DNA of 64,000 bases from an uncultured Candidatus Saccharibacteria bacterium (lineage in GTDB: Bacteria > Patescibacteriota > Saccharimonadia > Saccharimonadales > UBA4665): NCBI GenBank assembly GCA_964497565.1, contig CAZCCP010000006.1:1449-65448 (forward strand), read 5' to 3'. The translations under genes were made by a program, and so were the position numbers. Positions within the stretch are counted from its first letter, which is position 1, and each line of letters begins with the position of its first letter. Under the pieces are notes generated by a model, which was not told where the DNA came from, made no database searches, and worked only from the letters and a program-made list of their open reading frames with translations. Positions 35,733 through 46,459 of the stretch are shown piece after piece.

Positions 35733-36218
35733 CTAGAGCATTGCTGCCATTTTGTCGAAGGACTGATTCCATCCTTGTTCCATTTGGTCAGATGGTGCAC
35801 CAGCTGCCATACCGACATGGGTGAGCGTCATCTTGGTTTTGCCGTCGTCAGTATCTTCAAAGACGATGGTCACACCAAGTTCGAGCGGGATATCACCAGG
35901 CATACCATAGTGGCTTGCCGGCACAACATTGCCCTTTTCATCAGCAAAGCTATCCGTGCAAACAATCTTTTCAAGAGGCACGATTTCTTTGTATGTACCG
36001 GTACTCCAGAAATCTACTTCTGCCATTCCTGGAGCAGGGGCACCTCGCATGCAATACAGGTACGAGCCGCCTACGCGGAGGTCTACTTTGATAGTTGGTG
36101 CCGTAAAGCCAGCTGGACCCCACCACTTCTTAAGTTCTTCGGGGTCGGTCCATGCCTGCCACACGCGTTCACGTGGTGCGTCAAAAATACGAGTGATAAC
36201 AACTGTGTTGTCTGCCAT
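35733..36218 (-). CDS. SRPBCC-superfamily protein (Aha1/AHSA1 domain)
   Basis: ITRIFDAPRERVWQAWTDPEELKKWWGP is the typical N-terminal signature. Confidence 0.85.
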   Translation of the reverse strand: MADNTVVITRIFDAPRERVWQAWTDPEELKKWWGPAGFTAPTIKVDLRVGGSYLYCMRGAPAPGMAEVDFWSTGTYKEIVPLEKIVCTDSFADEKGNVVPASHYGMPGDIPLELGVTIVFEDTDDGKTKMTLTHVGMAAGAPSDQMEQGWNQSFDKMAAML

Positions 36219-36219
36219 A

Positions 36220-36552
36220 CTATTGCTCCTTTGTTTCCTTTAAATACGCGTCCAACGAATCGAGACGATTCTCCCACAAGCTGCGATACGCCTCAAGGTA
36301 GTCTGCTGCTGGTGCTAGGCTGGCCGGTGCCAATTGCACAAACTGCTCTTTACCTTTTTTGTGCTTTACCACGAGCTTGGCTTTTTCCAGCACTTTAATA
36401 TGCTTCGATATGGCCGCAAACGTTAGATCATAGAACTTTGCAATTTCACCAATAGTCAGGGAAGTACCAGACACTCGCTGCAAAATATCGCGACGTGTTG
36501 GGTCCGCTAGTGATGAAAAGACAGAATCTAGTGTTTGTGGATATTCAACCAT
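36220..36552 (-). CDS. ArsR/SmtB-family transcriptional regulator
   Basis: LADPTRRDILQRV...IGEIAKFYDLTFAAISKHIKVLEKAKLV. Confidence 0.85.
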   Translation of the reverse strand: MVEYPQTLDSVFSSLADPTRRDILQRVSGTSLTIGEIAKFYDLTFAAISKHIKVLEKAKLVVKHKKGKEQFVQLAPASLAPAADYLEAYRSLWENRLDSLDAYLKETKEQ

Positions 36553-36602
36553 ATAGTTGAATATTACTGCACGGGCCTTTGTTTGTCAAATATACTACTG
36601 GC

Positions 36603-37628
36603 CTACTCCGTGCGCGCTAGTTCGATGAGACCAGTGAGAAGCTCGGCATATGTCATACCAGCATGCTGCATAAGCTGCGGATACATACTGATCCCCGTAA
36701 ACCCTGGTAACGTGTTTATCTCGTTGAGGTATATCTTACCTACCGGGTCCAAAAAGAAGTCGATACGAGACAGACCTTCGCATTCCAAAGCCATGAAAGC
36801 TTTTTGAGCGTATGTGCGAATTTGCTGCGAGACATTCTCTGGAATATCAGCTGGAACTTTAACCTGTGAGACTGCTGCCTCATCATATTTTGCCTCAAAA
36901 CTATAGAATTCTCGGTCAGGGATAATTTCACCCACCACGCTCACCATAGGGGTTTGGTTGTGACCAAATGCCGCAACCTCAAGTTCACGTGCCGTAATGC
37001 CGGCTTCGATAAGAACCTTGGAGTCATAGTCGAATGCCGTCTGCAGCGCAGCATGGAATTCATCTTCATTAGTTACTTTGCTGACACCAACAGATGATCC
37101 GAGCCGTGCCGGCTTCACAAAAAGTGTTGTTCCAAGTTCCTTTGATAGTTTAGTGTAATCAGGCACTGGCGATTCCTTGCCACACACGACAAACGGCACG
37201 ATTGGAATGTCGTTATAGTCGAGTAGCTGCTTGGCTATACCTTTGTCGATGCACATGCTTGAGGAAGCGATGCCACAGCCCACAATTGGCACATGCAGCA
37301 GTTTCGCCAGACCCTGTACGGTGCCATCCTCGCCATGCTCACCATGCAAAACAGGGAACAACACGTCAATCCTATATCTTTGGCCTTCGCACTCCACAGC
37401 TGACTGGCCTAAGAGCGGCGTAAGTGCTCGTTTGTGCGTCGGCTTAATGGCGTCAGTGAGCCACCAGGCTCCGTGCACATCGATATAACACAAAAGAATA
37501 TCGTAGACAGAGGCATCGAGTGCTTCATAGACATTCGTGGCCGATACAATTGATACTTCATGCTCTGGAGATTCACCGCCGTATGCAAGCAAAACGACTG
37601 GCTTGGATGGATGGATTTGCTGTTTCAT
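36603..37628 (-). CDS. ddl: D-alanine--D-alanine ligase
   Basis: EHEVS, HGEHGEDGTVQGLL, the ATP-grasp region FVKPARLGSSVG, and NEINTLPGFT. Confidence 0.92.
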   Translation of the reverse strand: MKQQIHPSKPVVLLAYGGESPEHEVSIVSATNVYEALDASVYDILLCYIDVHGAWWLTDAIKPTHKRALTPLLGQSAVECEGQRYRIDVLFPVLHGEHGEDGTVQGLAKLLHVPIVGCGIASSSMCIDKGIAKQLLDYNDIPIVPFVVCGKESPVPDYTKLSKELGTTLFVKPARLGSSVGVSKVTNEDEFHAALQTAFDYDSKVLIEAGITARELEVAAFGHNQTPMVSVVGEIIPDREFYSFEAKYDEAAVSQVKVPADIPENVSQQIRTYAQKAFMALECEGLSRIDFFLDPVGKIYLNEINTLPGFTGISMYPQLMQHAGMTYAELLTGLIELARTE

Positions 37629-37771
37629 ATGTTCCAGTGTAGATCAGCGTGTTACGTCTGTAAAAAACGGACGACTCGGCGTACTTTATTACCCCTGTTC
37701 TTTATCTGTTCCATACATATCGTCCAATTCTATTAGACATTCATGCGTATACAGGTGCTATACTAGACACT

Positions 37772-38527
37772 ATGGATAGAATACTCGTGCAATGCCTTAT
37801 GCAGCTTGGCTGCTCCGACAAACATATCAAGTTTTATCGCGCCAATTTGGCGCTTGGTGCAGCAACGCTCAGCGAAATTATTAAAGCAGCCCATCTGCAA
37901 CGATCAACAGCTTACCTTATTGCCAGCGAAATGGTCACCATGGGACTCGCCCAAGAAGATCACAAGGCGTATAAGAAGCTTTTCGTGGCAGCCGAGCCGG
38001 AAGTGCTTTTGCGTAAACTCGAAGCCAAGCATCGCAGCCTGGGCCGCAGCACAATTACGTTCAAAGAAGCATTGCCCGAGCTACAGGCAGCGCACCATGC
38101 CACCACAACTCGACCGAGCGTACGAACATTCGAAGATAAGACCGGTCTTCAGGCGGTCTGGAAAGATATTCTCGAGTCTAAGAGTGAGATTTTACTGTGG
38201 TCAAATCAAAGTAGTGAGGAACATATTTTTGATGCTGAGGCGCATGGTTCGTTCATTCGTGAACGCATCGCCAAGAACATTCCCATACGCGTGCTGGCAG
38301 TCAATAATGACCTTGGCCGAGAGCTACAGGCCAATGACAGTGGCAATCTCAGGCACACCAAACTACTCCCCGATTCAGTCCCTTTCACGAGCGAGACCTA
38401 CATGTACGACGACAAGGTTGCGGTGCTCGATTTTGGCAAAAAAGTATTTGGCGTCATCACGCAAAATCAGCAGATTGCGGAGTCCCAGCGTGCAATTTTT
38501 GAGTACGTGTGGGCACAGCTCTCGTAA
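37772..38527 (+). CDS. TrmB-like transcriptional regulator
   Basis: N-terminal wHTH (LMQLGCSDKHIKFYRANLALGAATLSEIIKAAHLQRSTAYLIASEMVTMGL) plus a C-terminal domain. The +1-frame ORF 37806..38546 looks like basic, Ser-rich junk. Confidence 0.7.
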   Translation: MDRILVQCLMQLGCSDKHIKFYRANLALGAATLSEIIKAAHLQRSTAYLIASEMVTMGLAQEDHKAYKKLFVAAEPEVLLRKLEAKHRSLGRSTITFKEALPELQAAHHATTTRPSVRTFEDKTGLQAVWKDILESKSEILLWSNQSSEEHIFDAEAHGSFIRERIAKNIPIRVLAVNNDLGRELQANDSGNLRHTKLLPDSVPFTSETYMYDDKVAVLDFGKKVFGVITQNQQIAESQRAIFEYVWAQLS

Positions 38528-38610
38528 GTTGCCAGGACAGCTATAAGCATAGGCTTACATACCGTAAAAATATCACAGCGTGAGCTATTTGAGCCGTATA
38601 TCGTTGGTAT

Positions 38611-39843
38611 ATGTTACGTTTACCGGAGAACGAAAAATCATTGTGGCGAGAAGCCTATTCGCCGCCCCTATATCCAACACTACGCGAAGACATCGAGGTT
38701 GACGTCGCCATTGTCGGCGCAGGTATTACCGGTTTGACTGCCGGACATATACTAAAGCAGGCTGGCATGCGTGTGGCGGTTATCGATAAAAGCTCAGTTG
38801 GCGGTGGTACAACGGGACGTACTACGGGCAAAGTTACGGCCCAACATAATCTTATTTACATGGAACTGCAAAAGCGCCACGGCAATAGTGTCGCTCGCTC
38901 GTATGCGCAAGCGAACTTAGCTGCGTTGGAACGCATCGCCAAAACCATCCAAAAAGAACATATTGATTGTGACTGGCAACGCGATGACGCCTATATATTC
39001 ACAACCGACAAGCAGCAGGTTGCCGAGTTTAAGCACGAAGCCAGGGCCGCCGAAGCACTCGGTTTGCCTGCCAGCTTTGAGCCGTCAGCACCATTGCCCT
39101 TTGACGTCGAAGGTGCAGTTAAGTTCGCAAATCAGGGAAAGTTTCATGCTCAGAAATATCTCATGGGTTTGGCTCGCGCAATTGAGGGGGATGGTAGTTA
39201 TATTTTTGAGAAAAGCACGATTACCAGTATTCATGATGGGCTGCGCTGTGTCGTCAAAGCTCGCACGGCAGCAGTACTCGCCAATCATGTCATTATCGCA
39301 ACCAATGTGCCGACGTTCCCGCTCGCTGCACGTGGCGGCTATTGCCTCATGGAATTTCCAGTAGAATCGTATATAGTCGCGGGAAAATTGCCCAAAAAAC
39401 AGTCCGGCATGTATATATCATCTGGTAAAAAGTATCGCTCAATTTTGCCAATTACCATCAACGACGAGCGCATGATACTTATTGGTGGCAATGCTCACCT
39501 CTCTGGCTTGCGTGGGAATAAAACCGCTCGATATCAACAGCTTGCGGATTATGCCGAAGAGCATTTTGGCGTTACGGAAATCACACATCGGTGGTCGGAC
39601 CGGGATTACATCGCGTACGACGACATACCACTTGTAGGCAAGATGTACCCGTGGTCCAAAAATCTGTACGTTGCCACCGCTTTTCACAAATGGGGACTTA
39701 CCAATGGCACCGCCGCAGCCATGATGCTTAGCGATGCAATTCTGGGAGTTGAAAACCCATGGGCACATGCCTTTGACAGTCAACGGCTAAAGCCAATCGC
39801 CTCGATTCCACATGCATTGACAAAGATTATTCGCAGCACGTAA
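38611..39843 (+). CDS. FAD-dependent oxidoreductase (DAO family)
   Basis: Dinucleotide-binding VAIVGAGITGLTAGHILKQAGMRVAVIDK. Confidence 0.8.
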   Translation: MLRLPENEKSLWREAYSPPLYPTLREDIEVDVAIVGAGITGLTAGHILKQAGMRVAVIDKSSVGGGTTGRTTGKVTAQHNLIYMELQKRHGNSVARSYAQANLAALERIAKTIQKEHIDCDWQRDDAYIFTTDKQQVAEFKHEARAAEALGLPASFEPSAPLPFDVEGAVKFANQGKFHAQKYLMGLARAIEGDGSYIFEKSTITSIHDGLRCVVKARTAAVLANHVIIATNVPTFPLAARGGYCLMEFPVESYIVAGKLPKKQSGMYISSGKKYRSILPITINDERMILIGGNAHLSGLRGNKTARYQQLADYAEEHFGVTEITHRWSDRDYIAYDDIPLVGKMYPWSKNLYVATAFHKWGLTNGTAAAMMLSDAILGVENPWAHAFDSQRLKPIASIPHALTKIIRST

Positions 39844-39860
39844 GAGAGTCTTGAATAGGG

Positions 39861-40658
39861 TTACATATCCATTGAGGACATGTTGTGGGATGATGAACTG
39901 CCCGAGCTACAGGTAATCTTTTGTTCATCAGCGTATGAGATCATCGAGAGCACGATATGGTAGTGCGGCTCGCTGAATCCAGCATGGCCGGCGGCCTCGT
40001 ACATGACATCAATGTGATCGTATTTCTGGCCGTGTAGCGCCAAGTCTAATGTCTTGTTGTTAGCGATGTTACTCTGCGCGAGCATGTACTCAATACCCGT
40101 TACTTTATTGTTCCATACATTATAGATGGGACCTTCAGGTATATTGCTCGGTAGCACATACTGAGTTCCCTCACCGACAGCGCATTGCGCAACCATAGTC
40201 GCATTTTGAGGGATCTTAAGGGCGGTCATCGCTGTGGCTGCGGCTTGATCGCTTTTACCGTTTTTGTACCCGCGGCTATTTCCAATTTTGTAGGTGGCGA
40301 ATGCAGCAGCTGCCAATACCATGATAGCCAGCACTACGGCTATCATCACCATCAAAGGCTTACGGATCCGGGATTCCTTCGGAGGGACTGGCGCATGTGT
40401 TTCGGCAGGCAAAAGTGGCTCAGCCGGAGCTGGCGGCAAGATAGGTGCAGGAGGCACTGGGGAAGAAGGTTCTACCTTGGCTTCCATAGTTGTTTGAGAA
40501 GTAGGCGATTCGATAGATTCGGGCGCCTGGGGAGTGTCAAGAGTATCAGCTAGTGGAGCTTTGCTGTCGATATTTTCCGGAGTAATTGAGGGGATATCGC
40601 TATCCATATCAGGTACTACGGGTTTGTTGCTGTCTGGCTTAATAAGATCATCATTCAT
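39861..40658 (-). CDS. Hypothetical Pro-rich, single-TM anchored protein
   Basis: ORF track, 265 aa. PVPPAPILPPAPAEP region, then TM MVMIAVVLAIMVLAAAAFA. Confidence 0.65.
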   Translation of the reverse strand: MNDDLIKPDSNKPVVPDMDSDIPSITPENIDSKAPLADTLDTPQAPESIESPTSQTTMEAKVEPSSPVPPAPILPPAPAEPLLPAETHAPVPPKESRIRKPLMVMIAVVLAIMVLAAAAFATYKIGNSRGYKNGKSDQAAATAMTALKIPQNATMVAQCAVGEGTQYVLPSNIPEGPIYNVWNNKVTGIEYMLAQSNIANNKTLDLALHGQKYDHIDVMYEAAGHAGFSEPHYHIVLSMISYADEQKITCSSGSSSSHNMSSMDM

Positions 40659-40759
40659 AGCTATCCACCTTTATATATGTACTAAACGTAACCGTGTTAC
40701 CCACTGACTGTCAATATGCAGTTTACATGCAAGGGTTTGATCACTATAGTTTACCTATA

Positions 40760-43030
40760 ATGCTTAAGCCCATAAAACTTGGCATCCGCCCTAAAATCTT
40801 GCTGCTGATTATGGCTGCAACTATTATTCCTTTGCTGTCGCTTAACCTCTTCTGGACCAACTCACAGCGCCAGTCTCTCGTTGATGATGTGCGTTCGCGT
40901 CAGGCGCTGCTTACCGAAAATAATGCGAGTGAAGTCAATAACTTTATCACTGAAAAAGTACGCACACTTATTATTCATTCGCAAAGTCCAAGCTTGCAGC
41001 AATTCAATACTGCTAAGACGCCGCTTGAGATTAGCACCCTGCTCTATCAGGATAAGGACCTCATGCGCGCCGCTCTCGTTAACCAAAGTGGCCAAGAAAC
41101 TGTAGCGCTCACGAGTGACCTCAAAAATGCTTCTCTAAAAAACGTCAAGGATAGCGATGCCTTCAAAGTTGTCACCTATTACGCTGGCAACGACTATGTG
41201 AGCCCTATTAGTATGGATAGCGCCGGACATCCGACGATAACCATTGCTGTGCCACTCGTGCAGTTTACGACGCCACAGGAGCTCGGTACGTTATCTACTG
41301 CTGAGCCTGGGCTCGTACGTAACCCTCAGGACATTAGAGGAGCTCTGATTGCCCAGGTAAGCCTAGAGAACTTATGGAATTCGGTGCTCTCGTCTGCCAG
41401 CACTTCGAGCAAAGGGTACGCCTACGTCGTTGACGACAAGGGCATCGTCATTGCTCATCCAGACAGCTCATATGCCAACAGCCACAAAGACCTATCGTCC
41501 ACACCGATTATCTCCCTCTTCAAGCAAAGTCTGGCGAGCTCGAGCTCAACGCCACACAGCCTGCAAGGAAAGTCTGAGAAAAATATCGAAGTCATGGCGA
41601 CCTATCAAAAGATTTCTGCAACCGACTGGGGCGTCGTCTACGAGCAACCAATGAGTGCTATATATAAGAACGTTAACCACGTTTCCTACCTTGGCCTAGG
41701 CTTATCGGCAGCGGCAATTATCTTCATGGCCCTCCTGAGCCTTTGGCTGAGCCGCTTCATCAGCAAACCGATTCTCCAGATTGCACGTGTCGCTGAACGC
41801 ATCGGTAAGGGTAATTTCACTGAACATATCACTATGAACCGCAGCGACGAAATTGGCGCCTTGAGCGATAGCGTTAACGCCATGGGCGCCAACCTACAAT
41901 CGTTCATTGACCGTATCGATCACCAGCGACGACAACTGGAAGTTATCCTCAACAGCACGACTGACAGTATTCTCTTGCTTGATGCCAGTGGTGTGATTTT
42001 GATCGCCAACCAAGTAACTGCCGACCTTTGCGGGCGGCCCACCTTGCCAATTGGCGAAAACATTTCTACCCTCTTTACCTGGACACAAAACCAACGCCCT
42101 TACAATGTTGACTACAAGGCCGAGGGCACGAACACACACTACGATCTTCAGTACGTTAACAAAGATGGCGCGATTCACTTTGTAAACCTTATTGTCGTTA
42201 AGGCTGGGGAGCGCACGATTGTCACTGTCCATGACGAGACCAAAAGCCGCGAGCTTGAAGACATGAAGCTCGACTTCGTATCAATGGCTGCGCACGAACT
42301 GCGCACACCACTTTCAACTATTCGAGGCTACCTGGAGCTCATATCCTACAAGTCAACTGATACATCTGAGAATACCCAGCACTACATCAAGCAAGCACGT
42401 CGTAGTGCAGAAGAGTTAGCGTCACTCATCAGCAACCTGCTCGATGTTTCGCGCATTGAACGCGGCACACTCGTACTCACCATGGACAAACTCGACATTG
42501 CTGCAAGCATCAAACAATCTGTTCAGAATCTTCACTTTAATGCCGAGGGCAAACACACCACATTGAGCTACGAAGGTCCCGATGAGGGTAGTTACGTTGT
42601 GGCCGACGGCGTAGCCATCCGTGAAGTTACCGACAACCTTATAGATAATGCCATCAAATACACGCCAAACAATGGTCATGTTGCTGTTCGCCTCAGCGAG
42701 CAGGCTGACCGCTACACTATTTCCATAACAGATAATGGCGTCGGTATTCCTGCCAATGCGCTGCCGTATCTCTTTACCAAATTCTACCGCGTTCACGGCG
42801 GGCTTGAGAGTGGCAGCACGGGCACGGGCCTTGGATTGTTTATTTCAAAATCAATTATTGAGCGTCATGGCGGTACAATTACAGTAGAGTCTAAACACGG
42901 TGAGGGTTCAACGTTTACCGTGACCATTCCGAAATTTACTGAAGAGAAATTTGCCGAGACGCGCAAAGCAAAAGGAGCAGAAAATGTCAGCAGACGGCGT
43001 GGCTGGACTACAAAAAATATTGCTCGTTGA
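40760..43030 (+). CDS. Sensor histidine kinase (periplasmic Cache-like domain, HAMP, PAS, HisKA, HATPase)
   Basis: H-box AAHELRTPLSTIRGY, N-box DNLIDNAIKYTP, and DNGVGI / GTGLGL. HAMP-like region after the second TM. I prefer the ATG at 40760 (MLKPIKLG) over the track start at 40694. Confidence 0.88.
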   Translation: MLKPIKLGIRPKILLLIMAATIIPLLSLNLFWTNSQRQSLVDDVRSRQALLTENNASEVNNFITEKVRTLIIHSQSPSLQQFNTAKTPLEISTLLYQDKDLMRAALVNQSGQETVALTSDLKNASLKNVKDSDAFKVVTYYAGNDYVSPISMDSAGHPTITIAVPLVQFTTPQELGTLSTAEPGLVRNPQDIRGALIAQVSLENLWNSVLSSASTSSKGYAYVVDDKGIVIAHPDSSYANSHKDLSSTPIISLFKQSLASSSSTPHSLQGKSEKNIEVMATYQKISATDWGVVYEQPMSAIYKNVNHVSYLGLGLSAAAIIFMALLSLWLSRFISKPILQIARVAERIGKGNFTEHITMNRSDEIGALSDSVNAMGANLQSFIDRIDHQRRQLEVILNSTTDSILLLDASGVILIANQVTADLCGRPTLPIGENISTLFTWTQNQRPYNVDYKAEGTNTHYDLQYVNKDGAIHFVNLIVVKAGERTIVTVHDETKSRELEDMKLDFVSMAAHELRTPLSTIRGYLELISYKSTDTSENTQHYIKQARRSAEELASLISNLLDVSRIERGTLVLTMDKLDIAASIKQSVQNLHFNAEGKHTTLSYEGPDEGSYVVADGVAIREVTDNLIDNAIKYTPNNGHVAVRLSEQADRYTISITDNGVGIPANALPYLFTKFYRVHGGLESGSTGTGLGLFISKSIIERHGGTITVESKHGEGSTFTVTIPKFTEEKFAETRKAKGAENVSRRRGWTTKNIAR

Positions 43031-43379
43031 GGATGATCAGCTTATCCGCGAAATGTACCAATTGTTCTTGGCGGACAAAGGGTTCACTGTAGGAGTTGCT
43101 GGCGATGGCGACGAGGCACTTACTGTTGCTAAAACATTTCAGCCAGACCTCATCTTCCTCGATATCATGATGCCGAAACGAAATGGGCTTGAGGTGCTCG
43201 ATATACTGCGCAAAGACCCTAGCTATGGCTGCACAAATTGCAAGATTGTCATGCTCACCAACCTGGGCGACGATACCATTGCCGAGCGCGTTCAGGACAA
43301 AATTGATGGGTATGCTATTAAGGCCGAGATTACACTGTCTGACCTCCTCCACATTATTGATTCATTTAAAGAGAGCTAG
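42984..43379 (+). CDS. Stand-alone response-regulator receiver (REC) protein
   Basis: LVEDDQ, FLDIMMPKRNG, LTN and KA motifs. ATG at 42984 preceded by AAAGGAG. It overlaps the kinase 3' end by 47 nt. Confidence 0.85.
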   Translation: MSADGVAGLQKILLVEDDQLIREMYQLFLADKGFTVGVAGDGDEALTVAKTFQPDLIFLDIMMPKRNGLEVLDILRKDPSYGCTNCKIVMLTNLGDDTIAERVQDKIDGYAIKAEITLSDLLHIIDSFKES

Positions 43380-43420
43380 ATTTTTTAGCGCTCGTTACAT
43401 TTAAGCGATATACTTACATT

Positions 43421-43759
43421 GTGAATATTCTTAAAGCCCTCAACCTTGGCCTTGCATTCTTCCTAGAGCTCTTCATGTTAATCGCATTCGTCTGGGGCGG
43501 TTTCTCATTGCACGTCTCCACCGGTCTCAAAGTACTCATCGGCATTGGTGTGCCGCTTGTAGTAGTCGTAATCTGGGGCATGTACTTTGCTCCCAACAGT
43601 AACCATCGTCTAGCCACACCCTGGCTCCAGCTCGCAATTTTTGCACTCTACGGTATTGCAGCATTCGTCCTTGCCAGAGGCGCCAGCAAGCACGCTGCCA
43701 TAACATTCCTGACGCTAGGGCTCGTCAATCTACTGCTCAGTATCATCTGGAAGCAGTAG
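43421..43759 (+). CDS. Small 4-TM membrane protein (DUF2568/YrdB-like, from memory)
   Basis: ORF track, 112 aa. GTG start. Four hydrophobic helices. Confidence 0.6.
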   Translation: MNILKALNLGLAFFLELFMLIAFVWGGFSLHVSTGLKVLIGIGVPLVVVVIWGMYFAPNSNHRLATPWLQLAIFALYGIAAFVLARGASKHAAITFLTLGLVNLLLSIIWKQ

Positions 43760-43820
43760 TCTCTGAAGTTTTCCCCAAGAATCCAACCACCGCACCTTGC
43801 GACAACAGCCCCAGGGCAAT

Positions 43821-43842
43821 ATAGTTAATCAATAGTAACTAT
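43821..43842. promoter_or_regulatory. Inverted repeat upstream of the MMPL gene (candidate MarR operator)
   Basis: ATAGTTA, 8 nt, TAACTAT, immediately upstream of the MMPL-marR operon. Confidence 0.4.
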
Positions 43843-43859
43843 TATTATAAAGGACTCTT

Positions 43860-45968
43860 ATGCTCCAAAAACTTGGAACTTTTATTACGAAATGGCGCTG
43901 GGTCGTCATTGCAGTTTGGATCGTAGCCGCCGGGCTCATCATCAACTTCTCGCCAAAACTGAGCGATGTCAGCTCAACTGACCAGTCGAGCTTCCTGCCG
44001 ACTCACTATGAGTCAATTCAGGCACAGCAAATTTCTGAAAAATACTTCTCGACAAGTCGTGGCGCGACTGCGATGGTTGTCTTCAAGCGCGACGATGGCC
44101 AGGCCCTGACCAAGAACGACCAAGACAAAATCACACAAACGATGCACGCGATAGAGAGAGCCGACCTACCCAAAGTAACGAGTGCTGGCACCGATAAATC
44201 GCAGCTATCAGGCGATAAGAAGATGCAGCTCGGCGTCGTGCAATTCGACGGCACAGCTCAAGACGAAAAGGTTATCAATGCTGTCAAAAGCTTGCGTACC
44301 GAGTTGCACAGCCAACTTGATGGCAGTAGCCTGAAATCTGGTGTAACTGGCGACGTTGCCATTCAGCTCGACACAGAAGATTCTGCGAAGAACGCTGAAA
44401 AAATCGTGAGCATGGTGACTATCCTTCTCATTCTTATTCTGCCTGGATTCATTTTCCGTAGCCCTGTTGCTGCGATCCTGCCAGTTCTTGCAGTTAGCCT
44501 CGTGTTTAGTATTTCAAATGCATTGCTCGCACTTGCGGCTCAAACGTTTAACTTCAAGGTTGACGGCCAGCTCACGACGCTACTCATCGTTGTTCTGTTT
44601 GGCATCGGTACTGACTACATTCTGTTCCTGCTTTTCCGCTACCGTGAACGTTTGCGCAGTGGCGACCACAGCCGTGGCGCAGTAAGTTTTGCACTGTCGC
44701 GTGCCGGCGAACCGATCTTATCGGCCGCACTAGTTGTAACTGCAGCTTTTGCAGCTCTCTTTGCTGCATCACTCGGTTTCTTTAGTTCACTTGCTCCAGG
44801 ATTGGTTATCTCTGTTATCGTCATGTTGCTCGCCGCGCTAACACTCGTGCCGGCACTGATCGCTATTGTCGGTGACAAGATTTTCTGGCCATCCAAAAAG
44901 TGGCAGCACGAGCCAGCTGAAGGCACAATCGCCAAGAAAGTTGGTGTGTTTGTTTCTCGGAAACCAGGCCGTGTAACTGTTGCCCTGACGCTCGTGCTCC
45001 TCGTGCTTGCTGCATTCGTCACGCAGTACAAAGGCACATTCGACACAATTAGCCAGCTGCCAGCCAAGGCTGAATCAACCGCAGCATACAAAGACCTGAC
45101 TCACAGCTTTGCAGCTGGTGTAGCCAGCCCAACTCTCGTATATGTAAAGAGTGATGAGCGCCTTACTGATGCACAGCTCACAGCAATTCGCAGCAAACTG
45201 AGTGCTGTTCCCGGCGTATCATCAGTAAGCATGGCGCAAACCAGCAGCAACGACAAAGCTGCCCAAATTTCTGTGATTCTTAAAGACAGCCCAACATCCG
45301 ACAAGGCAATGGAAACTGTTAAGGGTCCTATTCGTACTGCCGCACACAACACAGGCGTCAACAATGTCACCATCGTTGTTGGTGGCGAAACTGCAACCTA
45401 TGTCGACCTCCAGGCCGCAGTCAATCGCGACCTGCGCGTGGTCTTCCCGCTCGCCGCAGTCCTCATCCTCGTCATTCTGGCCCTACTACTTCGCAGCCTT
45501 GTTGCGCCGTTCTATCTCCTCGGAACCGTCGGCCTCGGCTTTGTGGCCACATTGGGTGCCTGTGTGATTGCGTTTATCACACTTGGTGGCAATAGCGGAC
45601 TAAACTTCATCTTCCCGATTTTCCTCTATGTCTTCGTCGTGGCAGTTGGCACCGACTACAACATTCTGATGATTACTCGATTGCGCGAAGAAGTTCGTAC
45701 TGAGGGCAACAAGCCCGCACTAGCAGCCGAACGTGCAGTTGAACACAGCTCGGCAACACTAGCATCTGCAGGGCTCATCCTTGCCGGTACGTTCGTTTCC
45801 CTGACCTTCACCGGCCTCAGCATGCTGACCCAGATTGGCGTTGGCGTAGCACTTGGCATTAGCCTTGGCGCATTCGTCATCTCTATGCTCCTGATCCCAG
45901 CAATTTCTACATTGCTTGGCTATAAGGTGTGGTGGCCTGGACACCGTCCAACCAAAAAGTCTCAGTAA
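43860..45968 (+). CDS. MMPL-family (RND-superfamily) membrane transporter
   Basis: 702 aa. Two blocks of 5-6 TM helices, each preceded by a soluble loop, with the repeated motif GTDY(I/N)(L/I)(F/L). Confidence 0.9.
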   Translation: MLQKLGTFITKWRWVVIAVWIVAAGLIINFSPKLSDVSSTDQSSFLPTHYESIQAQQISEKYFSTSRGATAMVVFKRDDGQALTKNDQDKITQTMHAIERADLPKVTSAGTDKSQLSGDKKMQLGVVQFDGTAQDEKVINAVKSLRTELHSQLDGSSLKSGVTGDVAIQLDTEDSAKNAEKIVSMVTILLILILPGFIFRSPVAAILPVLAVSLVFSISNALLALAAQTFNFKVDGQLTTLLIVVLFGIGTDYILFLLFRYRERLRSGDHSRGAVSFALSRAGEPILSAALVVTAAFAALFAASLGFFSSLAPGLVISVIVMLLAALTLVPALIAIVGDKIFWPSKKWQHEPAEGTIAKKVGVFVSRKPGRVTVALTLVLLVLAAFVTQYKGTFDTISQLPAKAESTAAYKDLTHSFAAGVASPTLVYVKSDERLTDAQLTAIRSKLSAVPGVSSVSMAQTSSNDKAAQISVILKDSPTSDKAMETVKGPIRTAAHNTGVNNVTIVVGGETATYVDLQAAVNRDLRVVFPLAAVLILVILALLLRSLVAPFYLLGTVGLGFVATLGACVIAFITLGGNSGLNFIFPIFLYVFVVAVGTDYNILMITRLREEVRTEGNKPALAAERAVEHSSATLASAGLILAGTFVSLTFTGLSMLTQIGVGVALGISLGAFVISMLLIPAISTLLGYKVWWPGHRPTKKSQ

Positions 45969-45975
45969 ACTCACT

Positions 45976-46401
45976 ATGAACATTGCAACAAAGCTGGCAG
46001 TACTGAGCGACCGTTTTGCAGTTTGCATGCTCAAGCGACCACAGATAGCCCATGAAGGCCTTAGCATCCTGGGCCTTCGGACGCTAGCATTAGTCCACTT
46101 TAGCGACCAGCCGCCGACTATGAAGCAGCTTGCCAGCCAGCTTGGCGTACGCCTGCCAAGCGCTAGTGTTATTGTCGATAAGCTGGAGCACGAAGGCTAC
46201 GTTGAGCGGCACCACGAAGATTCAGACAAGCGCATTATCCGGGTGCATCTGACTGGGAAGTCTCAGAATTTTCTCAAGCACCACCGCGACCAACGTTTGA
46301 GCCTCATGACGAGTGCGCTCGATCAGCTCTCGCTACAAGAACAGCAGGCAGTCATACGTTTCTTTGAGAACTGTATCAAAATTGCCGAAAAACAAGATTA
46401 A
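45976..46401 (+). CDS. MarR-family transcriptional regulator
   Basis: MKQLASQLGVRLPSASVIVDKLEHEGYVERHHEDSDKRIIRVHLT. ATG at 45976, just after the MMPL stop. Confidence 0.85.
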   Translation: MNIATKLAVLSDRFAVCMLKRPQIAHEGLSILGLRTLALVHFSDQPPTMKQLASQLGVRLPSASVIVDKLEHEGYVERHHEDSDKRIIRVHLTGKSQNFLKHHRDQRLSLMTSALDQLSLQEQQAVIRFFENCIKIAEKQD

Positions 46402-46459
46402 TTTGCGGCAAAGCACAACCTTTATCTATACTGTATAAAGATAAAAGGACATATCCATA

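Noticed and set aside
37806-38546. A 246-aa ORF in the +1 frame, fully overlapping the TrmB-like gene on the same strand.
   Set aside because: The product is basic and Ser/Arg-rich with no motif, whereas the other frame gives a clean wHTH protein. I note that such a long open same-strand frame is unusual, but I see no start-site signals for it.
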